A DNA stretch of 64,000 bases from an uncultured bacterium (GTDB lineage: Bacteria > Electryoneota > AABM5-125-24 > Hatepunaeales > Hatepunaeaceae): contig CAZVKN010000002.1 in the NCBI GenBank assembly GCA_964627035.1, positions 11,206 through 75,205 on the forward strand. Reading direction: 5' to 3'. A model generated the notes under the pieces. That model was not told where the DNA came from. It did no database searches and was given only the letters and a program-made list of their open reading frames with translations. This document shows, in pieces, positions 1-7,749 of the stretch; within the stretch, counting starts at the first letter, position 1; every line of letters starts with the position of its first letter. Both the position numbers and the translations under genes were made by a program.

Positions 1-2
1 TT

Positions 3-161
3 CTCTCTTCGGATACGTCTGCGCTTGACGATTTCATAAAACGGAAATTTGAAGAAGCCGGAATGGATACTTCCGAAAAGGCGCGCACCAACGCTCGTCT
101 GAATCCCGCGCGGGATACGATCATAGCGAATGATGACCGTGCTATAGTGGTAATGCGGGGT
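3..161 (+). CDS. 3' end (53 aa) of an upstream gene entering the window; product unknown
   Basis: Open frame 3 from the window edge to TGA at 159-161. No recognisable motif. Confidence 0.3.
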
Positions 162-168
162 TGAGCCT

Positions 169-672
169 GTGATAGATATTGAATCATTGAAACGGTTTGC
201 GCTTTTTGACGGATTAGATGACGAGCAGTTGCGCAGTGTTGCCAAGATAATCCGAACCAAGACGATAAAAAGAGAGAGTAACGTCATTGAAGAGGGTGAA
301 CTGGGCGACGAGCTGTTTCTGCTGTTGAAGGGTGAAATTGTTATCACCAAGCAGCTTGTTCTGTTCGATTCCGGTGAGGTTGACCACAAGGAAAAATCGT
401 TGATCACACTGAAAGACAGCTACAACATCTTCATCGGAGAGATGTCCCTTTTTGGTGATGATAAAAGGTCCGCAACTGTCACTGCCTTGACAGAAGTTAC
501 GGTTGGTATCCTGTCGAGGCATCAGGTTGAGAATTTGTCAAAAACCGATCCTGCACTCGGATATCATCTGTTCTACAACATCGGTCAGAAGATAACAGAG
601 AATCTTCGCAAGGCAAACAAGGACATTCTCAAGCTGACGACCGCTTTTTGTATGGCACTCGAAGCGAAGTAA
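169..672 (+). CDS. Cyclic nucleotide-binding (cNMP, Crp-like effector) domain protein without an HTH
   Basis: GTG start. FALFDGLDDEQL...GELGDELFLLLKGEIVI...RSATVTAL is a typical cNMP-binding beta-roll with a phosphate-binding cassette. Confidence 0.75.
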   Translation: MIDIESLKRFALFDGLDDEQLRSVAKIIRTKTIKRESNVIEEGELGDELFLLLKGEIVITKQLVLFDSGEVDHKEKSLITLKDSYNIFIGEMSLFGDDKRSATVTALTEVTVGILSRHQVENLSKTDPALGYHLFYNIGQKITENLRKANKDILKLTTAFCMALEAK

Positions 673-680
673 GGGAGTAA

Positions 681-745
681 GAAAGTGAGAAAGGGGGAAG
701 CTACGATTCGGCTACCATTTCTTTCTCACTTTGTTCCTTTTTAAC
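681..745 (+). terminator. Terminator-like hairpin after the cNMP gene (GAAAGTGAGAAAG/CTTTCTCACTTTC stem, then TTCCTTTTTAAC)
   Basis: 13-bp inverted repeat followed by a T-rich tract. It belongs to the GTAAGAAAGTGAGAAAG repeat family. Confidence 0.35.
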
Positions 746-860
746 TTTCTTACTAAAAACATATTGATTTTGTAGTTGTGGTTGTCTCAACCGCGACGTT
801 GGGCTTGAGACAAGCCCGACTACCGTACTAAAATAAACAATCATTTACATAGAAGAGAAT

Positions 861-1859
861 ATGGATATACCTAAGAAACATATCAACATCGGTGGAGAAG
901 TTTTCGAGATCCCCGATTTTGGGCGAATGTTCGGTGGTGGATTTTGGATTATTCTGATCTTGCTTGCAGGATTCTGGATAGTAACCAGCGGAATCTACAT
1001 CGTTAAAGCGGATCAGCAGGGAGTGATACGAAGATTCGGTAAATTCGTCCGCGTGACCAGTCCCGGTCTCCATTTTAAGTTGCCGTTTCCGTTTGAAGAG
1101 GTTGATAAACCACGCGTAACAGAAGTTAAACGTGCTGAAATCGGTTTTCGCACAGTTGACCCCGGACCACCGGCTCGCTACTCAGACCGCCCCGGAGAAT
1201 CACTGATGTTGACCGGCAACCTGAACATCATAGACTGCGATGTTATCGTTCAGTACCGAATTATTGATCCTGTCAAATATCTGTTTAATGTGCGCGACTT
1301 AAAGCGTACAGTACACGTAGGTGCGGAAGCGGCACTGCGTCAGGTTATCGGTAAGCACGAAATTGACGAGGCTCTCACCACAGGTAAAGGACAGATTCAG
1401 GAAGAGACCGGCAGACAGCTTCAGGAGATACTTGACCAATACGATTCGGGACTACGAGTTGTCGCTGTTCAATTGCAGGATGTGCATCCGCCACAGGCGG
1501 TTATCGCCGCATTTAAGGACGTAGCTTCTGCAAAGGAAGACCTGAACAAAATGATCAATCAGGCGCAGGGTTACCGTGCTGACGTCATCCCCCGCACACG
1601 CGGACAGGCTGCTCAATTAGTTAAGGAAGCCCAGGCGTGGGCGTCTGAGCGGGTTACCAGAGCGGAAGGTGATGCCGAGAATTTCACCCGAATCCTGAAT
1701 GAGTACCGTCGCGCAAAGGATGTAACCCGGAAAAGGATGCTGCTGGAAACTATGGAGGAAATCCTCCCGGGTATCAGGAAGTATATTATTAAGAGCGACG
1801 GCAAAGGAAATCTGATGAACGTGCTCGGTTTCCCCGGAAGCACAGGAGGTGGCAAATGA
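861..1859 (+). CDS. hflK: HflK, SPFH/band-7 membrane protease modulator
   Basis: N-terminal TM, then the SPFH core (GLHFKLPFPFEEV, coiled-coil C-terminus). Directly followed by hflC with an ATGA stop/start overlap. Confidence 0.85.
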   Translation: MDIPKKHINIGGEVFEIPDFGRMFGGGFWIILILLAGFWIVTSGIYIVKADQQGVIRRFGKFVRVTSPGLHFKLPFPFEEVDKPRVTEVKRAEIGFRTVDPGPPARYSDRPGESLMLTGNLNIIDCDVIVQYRIIDPVKYLFNVRDLKRTVHVGAEAALRQVIGKHEIDEALTTGKGQIQEETGRQLQEILDQYDSGLRVVAVQLQDVHPPQAVIAAFKDVASAKEDLNKMINQAQGYRADVIPRTRGQAAQLVKEAQAWASERVTRAEGDAENFTRILNEYRRAKDVTRKRMLLETMEEILPGIRKYIIKSDGKGNLMNVLGFPGSTGGGK

Positions 1860-2707
1860 TGACAGGTAATATCAGAAACATTATAATTGCTGCGATAGCA
1901 TTAATCATTCTCCTGATGGTCACTTTCACCGTTAACGAGACGCATCAGGCGGTAGTGGTGCAATTAGGCAAACCGGTTAGAACGATCACAAACAGCGGGT
2001 TGCATTTCAAACTGCCGTTCCCGATTCAGACGGTTGTTCAGTTTGAGAAACGTATCCTCGATTACGACTCCGCACCTACCGAAATCCTGACTAAGGACAA
2101 GAAGAACCTTGTGTTGGACAATTACGCCAAATGGCGCATCATTGATCCTCTCAAGCTGCTAGTATCAGTGCAGGACGAAAATGGTGCTCAAGCAAGGCTT
2201 GATGACATTATCTATTCCGAGCTGCGTGAAGCGCTTGGATTGCACGATCTTGAAGAGATCGTCACTACCCGCCGCGCTGAGCTGATGGCGATGGTAACGC
2301 AATCGTCAGACTCAAGTGCCCGTGATTACGGCATTGAAGTGATTGATGTACGAATCAAGCGCGCTGACTTGCCTGAAGAGAATGAGCGTTCAGTCTATGA
2401 ACGAATGAGAGCTGAGCGTAGGAGAATTGCCAATAAATATCGCTCTGAGGGTGAAGAAGAATCGCTGAAAATCCGCGCATCGACAGACAGCCTGAAAGTT
2501 GTGTTGATGGCGGATGCTTACAAAGAATCTCGCATCGCTCGCGGTATGGCTGAGGCAAAAGCAATTGACATCTATGCCAAGGCTTTCGGTCGGGATCCGG
2601 GGTTCTATGAGTTTTATCGGACACTTGAATCATATAAGAAGATCATAGACTCAAATACCGTCATACTGCTCCCGCCGGATACGGAGCTGTTGAAGTATTT
2701 GAAGTAG
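1856..2707 (+). CDS. hflC: HflC, SPFH/band-7 protein
   Basis: TM plus LGKPVRTITNSGLHFKLPFPIQTV. Paired with hflK. Confidence 0.85.
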   Translation: MMTGNIRNIIIAAIALIILLMVTFTVNETHQAVVVQLGKPVRTITNSGLHFKLPFPIQTVVQFEKRILDYDSAPTEILTKDKKNLVLDNYAKWRIIDPLKLLVSVQDENGAQARLDDIIYSELREALGLHDLEEIVTTRRAELMAMVTQSSDSSARDYGIEVIDVRIKRADLPEENERSVYERMRAERRRIANKYRSEGEEESLKIRASTDSLKVVLMADAYKESRIARGMAEAKAIDIYAKAFGRDPGFYEFYRTLESYKKIIDSNTVILLPPDTELLKYLK

Positions 2708-2762
2708 GTTTTACTCACGCAAAGGCGCAAAGACGCAAAGCTTTTCTTTTTGTCTTTGTGCC

Positions 2763-5723
2763 TTGGTGGTTGAGTATAGACCTGTCACCGGTTTACTCAA
2801 TCACCAAATCTCTCAATCACCGAATCACATAATCACATTGCATCTCCAATCACTAAATATCAACGGCTTTGGTTGTCTTCGGACTTCAGTAAGTTTTGAC
2901 AGTGATAAGTTAAATCTGATCATCGCTGATAACGAGCAGGGCAAATCCACGCTTGTAGCCGCTCTCCTTGCCGCATTCTATGGAATCGTGGAGGATGCAC
3001 GCGTAAAGTTTGATAAACGACCTAACAAGCAGAATTTCACACCGTGGGAATCTTCCGATCAATTTGGAGTTGTGTTAGAGTTCACCCAAAACAATATTCC
3101 GTTTACTCTTGCAAGAAACTTCAGTAACGGCTCTGTTAAGTTAATTGATGAGGAAACCGGTCGCGACACATCCGATCAATTCTTTCTGAAAAGAAGTAAA
3201 TATAATCTCGGTGAAAAGATGCTCGGACTTTCATTCGCCGATTTTGTCAGAAGCTTTTATCTACAGCAAGCGGATATCCACAAATTCCACGACCAAGGGG
3301 ATCTGACCTCCCATATCCAGCGAATCGCCACCTCAAGTGCTGACCAGACCACTTCCGAAACAGCCATTGAAAATCTTCGGACAGCCTTAAGAAATTATCC
3401 ATACTCAGGAAGCAAAGGGTTGATGGTAGAAACTGCCATTAAACGGTATAATGACAGAAAAAAAGAACTTCAGGGGGAGATAGCAGCGCTGAACCAACAG
3501 AAATTGGATAGTGAACCGCTGTTGAACCGACTGCGCGACATTGATAGAGAATATGCAGAACTCACCAGAGATCAGGAAGCTAACCGATTGATGGGTGATT
3601 GGGCTGAGGAGAGAGAACTCACAGATCTTATCAACGAGCAGGAATCGCTCGATGTACAGTGCAGCGAGATGAGGCATGAGATTGATGAGCTGGTTCAATA
3701 CGCAGAATTTCCGGCATCGCGATTTGAGCAGTTGACAACTTCAGTCGGTAGTATAAAGCAACTGAGCCGTGATGTAGATGATCTGAATGAAAAGCTTCGC
3801 ACGGAGGTTTCGGAACCGCTTGATGAATTGAAAAAGTCTGCTGAACAGGATGGATTTCAGAGTGAAATATCTGGTGAAGAGTTGAAGGAGTTTGAGGATA
3901 TTTATTCTAAGCTGACCGATAGGAATGAAAGATTAACAAACTACTGGAATGAATACAATGACCTATTGGGAAAACAGGTTTCACTAGGCTATAAGGCTGA
4001 TGAATTTGAATCTCTTGAGACACTGTTCCGTGCTTTTAACGATGATGATCTTGCGTTAATAACTGACTATACGAACTCATCGGGATCGCTGAGTGCAAAA
4101 CTTGATGATTTAACCGGTAGATACAACCGATTGGAACGTGAACAGCAGCGAAACGACCGACGGGATAAGAAAGTCACTTCAATCGCACTAATCTCAATGT
4201 TCTTTGCGGTGCTTTCAATTTCTGTCGGTATATTCTTTGTCATTTTATCTGAATTCAACATGATCGGATATTCTCTCATCGGAATCGGAGTTGTGTTGTC
4301 GCTAATCGGCTTGGTTTCAAAGAGAATTATGGGAGGATTAGCAGACAGCGAGCATGACAATTTTCAAACTCGATATGACGACTGCCGAATACAAAAGTAT
4401 AATGCTGAACGAGAATTGGAAGAACTTACGGATCGGATGAATAAATTATGTCAACAATCAGGTCTTGATGAGTTGCAGGAGTTATTGGACTACTATGGAG
4501 AATTTGAAAGGTTATCAAAGCTAAGATCACCGTTACAGAATACAGAATTCAGGTTACAGGATGCAGATCGGTCATTTCAAGAGATTGCTTTTGAAACTCA
4601 CCGATATTATGAAACTGCAGAACTGGAAATTCCTGAATCTGATGAGCTGGTTCAGAGGACTAAGGAACTCTTAGACAATTTCCGTTCCGCATCCTCGCGC
4701 AACGCTCAGATTGACACCTTCCTCAAATCTCACAGTGAGATACAGGAGGTTCTTGAATCCAAGATAAAAGCATTGGAAACTCAGGAAAATATCTGTTCAG
4801 AAATACTGACCGAAGCAGGGATTAGTGACAGTAATGATTGGTCAGTGGCGGTCAATGAGTTTAGTGATCGAATGGAAAAGCATTATCGTTATCATAGAGT
4901 AATAGAAAATTTTAACCAACTCAGCACTCAGCTACTTACATCGGATGAATTGAACAAGAAAACAGAGCAATTGAAATTAATCGAGCAAGCCCTTCCTGCT
5001 GATCAGTCTCCCGACCATATTGAGCATGATAAGGAACATTACCGGAATCTAAATAGCGAAGCGGCAAATCGTAAAGAACAGCTTTCGGAAAAAAAATCGG
5101 ACATTCACCGCAAGATTGCAGCAACCTTCGAGCGAATTCAGTCTGAGTTGCCTCATCTCAGCGACGAGTTAAACCAGATGACCGAGTCCATTGAGAAAGC
5201 TGAGCGGTTCATGCGTGAAGTGCAGACTGCAATTGATGTGATGGATAAAGTATCTAAGAATGTATATCGGTCATGGGCACTGTCGCTGAGTGAATCTACC
5301 AAACCGCTGCTCAAAGCACTGAATCCAAAGTACAGCAGCATAGTGTTCAATGAAGATCTTTCATTTGTGGTGCATGACTCCCAAACTGATCGTGATATAC
5401 CCTCAGACAAAATTGATCAGGTTCTTTCGGGAGGTGCACACGACGAGATTTTTCTTGCGGCACGGCTCGGTGTGGCATCCTACCTGACTTGTGATTCCAA
5501 AGATACTCTGCCCATTGTGCTGGATGAACCGTTTTCGTCTGTGGATGATGACAAGTTTCTATCCGGGATGGAGTTTCTGCTTGACACGCTATCCCGCAAA
5601 CACCAGTTGCTGCTGCTTTCGTGCCATGAACAGAGGCATAGGTATCTTGAGCGGAAGCTGCCAGACCTTTATGCTGATAGGATTAATCTGATTCATTTAA
5701 ATCGCACGGAAGAGGTGACCTGA
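2763..5723 (+). CDS. SbcC/Rad50-like ABC ATPase with a central two-helix transmembrane hairpin (YhaN-like architecture). Likely true start is TTG 2838.
   Basis: N-terminal Walker A LIIADNEQGKSTL. Long coiled coils. The middle segment VTSIALISMFFAVLSISVGIFFVILSEFNMIGYSLIGIGVVLSLIGLV is about 2 TM helices where SbcC has its zinc hook. C-terminal Walker B/D-loop LLDEPFSSVDDDKF and H-loop LLLSCHEQRH. Confidence 0.75.
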   Translation: MVVEYRPVTGLLNHQISQSPNHIITLHLQSLNINGFGCLRTSVSFDSDKLNLIIADNEQGKSTLVAALLAAFYGIVEDARVKFDKRPNKQNFTPWESSDQFGVVLEFTQNNIPFTLARNFSNGSVKLIDEETGRDTSDQFFLKRSKYNLGEKMLGLSFADFVRSFYLQQADIHKFHDQGDLTSHIQRIATSSADQTTSETAIENLRTALRNYPYSGSKGLMVETAIKRYNDRKKELQGEIAALNQQKLDSEPLLNRLRDIDREYAELTRDQEANRLMGDWAEERELTDLINEQESLDVQCSEMRHEIDELVQYAEFPASRFEQLTTSVGSIKQLSRDVDDLNEKLRTEVSEPLDELKKSAEQDGFQSEISGEELKEFEDIYSKLTDRNERLTNYWNEYNDLLGKQVSLGYKADEFESLETLFRAFNDDDLALITDYTNSSGSLSAKLDDLTGRYNRLEREQQRNDRRDKKVTSIALISMFFAVLSISVGIFFVILSEFNMIGYSLIGIGVVLSLIGLVSKRIMGGLADSEHDNFQTRYDDCRIQKYNAERELEELTDRMNKLCQQSGLDELQELLDYYGEFERLSKLRSPLQNTEFRLQDADRSFQEIAFETHRYYETAELEIPESDELVQRTKELLDNFRSASSRNAQIDTFLKSHSEIQEVLESKIKALETQENICSEILTEAGISDSNDWSVAVNEFSDRMEKHYRYHRVIENFNQLSTQLLTSDELNKKTEQLKLIEQALPADQSPDHIEHDKEHYRNLNSEAANRKEQLSEKKSDIHRKIAATFERIQSELPHLSDELNQMTESIEKAERFMREVQTAIDVMDKVSKNVYRSWALSLSESTKPLLKALNPKYSSIVFNEDLSFVVHDSQTDRDIPSDKIDQVLSGGAHDEIFLAARLGVASYLTCDSKDTLPIVLDEPFSSVDDDKFLSGMEFLLDTLSRKHQLLLLSCHEQRHRYLERKLPDLYADRINLIHLNRTEEVT

Positions 5724-6925
5724 TGAGCAGAAATTCACTGAAATTCCTGCAATTTTCCGATCTTCATCTCGACAGATCATTTTCATCAGGGAGGTTAAAG
5801 CTGCCGTTTGAGAAGGCGAGAGAACGGAAACATGAGTTAAAACAGGCGTTGGAAAGGGTTGTACAGCTATCTATTGAGCAAGAGGTTGAGCTAATTCTGC
5901 TTCCCGGTGATCTTTGGGAGGAGGATCAGCTTGACCATGATACAGTGCCCTTTGTGATGGAGCAGCTTGAAAGCATACAAGTGCCTGTTGTTATAGCCCC
6001 TGGTAACCACGATTATTATTCAATCAGCTCTCACTATGCGAATGAAATGGGGAAGTCCAGATTCAGCAGAGAATGGTCTGACAATGTTTACATCTTCCGG
6101 GAATATGACTGGCAGCATATCACGGTACCTGAGCTGGACGGGGTGTCAATCTCCGGATTGGCATGTGGACCTCAGGATAAAATCCATAACAGGCTTTTGC
6201 AGCATCCCATTCAGGTTCCTCCCGCTGACTTAAATATCTTGGTTCTGCACGGTTCGCGCGATGACCATGTCCCACCGGGCAAGAAGATAACACAGCCTTT
6301 CAGCGACCGTGAGCTGCTTGCACAGCCTTTTGATTACATTGCACTGGGGCATTATCATACACATGCAAACATCACAGACGATTCCGGATTGATCAGAGGC
6401 GCATACTCCGGGGCAACATGCTCACTGAGGCTCTCGGAATCCGGTGGACATGGTGTGCTGCTCGGAACAGTTCGAGCGGGTGGTGTTAAGCCGGAAGATT
6501 TGAAATTCCACGAAATTGACCACCGACAGATTCACAAACTGACAATTGATGTAAGTCGTCAGACTAATAGTCGGGCAGTTGAACAACTCATTCATGTGGA
6601 AATCGAAAATAATGAAATTAAACCGGAAGACATCTGTTACATAGAGCTGACCGGGTCGTACATGCACGGCAGGAACATACAGCTATTCGACAAATTGTCA
6701 CACGACCACTATCACCTCGAAATTGACATTTCAAAGATTCGTCCGCGATGGAATCCGGATGATGAAGGCTCAACGAACAGTGCAGAAATTGCGTTCAAAA
6801 AGGAGATGAAGCAGTTGATTGATGCTGCAGAGGCAAATGGTGATCTGAAGCAAGGTGAATCCTATATTAATTCATTAAATTATGGGCTTGATGCGTTGCA
6901 TAATATTAATATTGCGCCACCATAG
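5723..6925 (+). CDS. SbcD/Mre11-like calcineurin-type metallophosphoesterase
   Basis: LQFSDLHLD, LLPGDLWEE, APGNHDYY, LVLHGS and GHYHTH phosphoesterase motifs. ATGA overlap with the upstream ATPase gene. Confidence 0.8.
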   Translation: MSRNSLKFLQFSDLHLDRSFSSGRLKLPFEKARERKHELKQALERVVQLSIEQEVELILLPGDLWEEDQLDHDTVPFVMEQLESIQVPVVIAPGNHDYYSISSHYANEMGKSRFSREWSDNVYIFREYDWQHITVPELDGVSISGLACGPQDKIHNRLLQHPIQVPPADLNILVLHGSRDDHVPPGKKITQPFSDRELLAQPFDYIALGHYHTHANITDDSGLIRGAYSGATCSLRLSESGGHGVLLGTVRAGGVKPEDLKFHEIDHRQIHKLTIDVSRQTNSRAVEQLIHVEIENNEIKPEDICYIELTGSYMHGRNIQLFDKLSHDHYHLEIDISKIRPRWNPDDEGSTNSAEIAFKKEMKQLIDAAEANGDLKQGESYINSLNYGLDALHNINIAPP

Positions 6926-6928
6926 TGA

Positions 6929-7013
6929 ATCCCGCTGTCAGCCCGCCGTGGCTGACAGCATAACTTAAGTAACAATAACAAGTTGGCTGTCAGGTGCGGC
7001 GACCTGACAGCGG
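6929..7013. repeat. Double-hairpin repeat element, copy 1 (CCGCTGTCAGCCCGCCGTGGCTGACAGC ... GCTGTCAGGTGCGGCGACCTGACAGCGG)
   Basis: Near-identical copies at 38752-38835 and 45988-46070. Each has two perfect palindromic stems. Confidence 0.85.
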
Positions 7014-7080
7014 ATAATTCGCATATAGCACGCAACCTTAAATGAATGTAGAATAACGGTACTGCGGAGAAAGTATTAAA

Positions 7081-7749
7081 ATGAAATCGGGAAAATCTAA
7101 GCCAAACGGTATCCTGAGAAACCTTAACCGCAACCTGGTAACAGGTGCACTTGCGGTGGGTCCGATTGCCATCACCATCTTCCTCCTTTGGAAGGGGTTT
7201 ATAATGCTGGACGGCATCCTTGCCACTGGAATTAATTTCATGATCCGGGATATACTCGGCATTGAAATTTTTGGTGGCAAGACTATTCCCGGTCTCGGAT
7301 TTGTCGCTCTGCTGATTATTCTTCTCGTGACCGGATACTCGGCACGAAACATGTTCGGACGGTGGATGCTGATCAGGACACGACGTTTCATCAGCCAGAT
7401 TCCACTCGTCAATCGCATCTACAAGGCTATTGAGCAGATCAGTCAAGCAATATTTTCAGGACAGCGTGAAGTATTCAAAAAAGCTGTCATCATAGAATAT
7501 CCTCGCAAAGGCGTTTACGCCATCGCAATCATGACAGCGGATACAAGCGGTATAATTCAGGATGTGCTGCCCGAAGATTCAATCAGTGTGTTTGTCCCTA
7601 CAACTCCTAATCCTACATCGGGCTTCCTGCTGTTTGTTCCTAAACGAGAGATCATTGAACTCGACATTTCAGTCGAAGATGCGTTAAAGCTGATTATTTC
7701 CGGCGGCACGGTACATGCCCGTGAAAAACTTCCTCAGAAGCAGTCGTGA
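7081..7749 (+). CDS. DUF502-family membrane protein
   Basis: N-terminal TM pair and a conserved C-terminal domain, in the usual DUF502 layout. Confidence 0.6.
   Translation: MKSGKSKPNGILRNLNRNLVTGALAVGPIAITIFLLWKGFIMLDGILATGINFMIRDILGIEIFGGKTIPGLGFVALLIILLVTGYSARNMFGRWMLIRTRRFISQIPLVNRIYKAIEQISQAIFSGQREVFKKAVIIEYPRKGVYAIAIMTADTSGIIQDVLPEDSISVFVPTTPNPTSGFLLFVPKREIIELDISVEDALKLIISGGTVHAREKLPQKQS

Noticed and set aside
214-522. Antisense ORFs overlapping strong sense genes (e.g. 214..522, 25186..26262, 28897..29682, 44525..45136, 16478..16903, 11452 N-terminal extension)
   Set aside because: They lie entirely opposite, or in another frame of, genes with clear family signatures. Their composition is low-complexity or Cys/Arg-rich, typical of shadow ORFs.
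2722-2768. Hairpin after hflC as a confident Rho-independent terminator
   Set aside because: The stem GGCGCAAAGAC/GTCTTTGTGCC exists, but the U-tract is inside the loop rather than 3' of the stem. Left unannotated.
6880-7446. Minus-strand ORFs 6880..7446 and 7038..7418
   Set aside because: They overlap the repeat element and the well-supported DUF502 gene on the plus strand. No start or RBS context.
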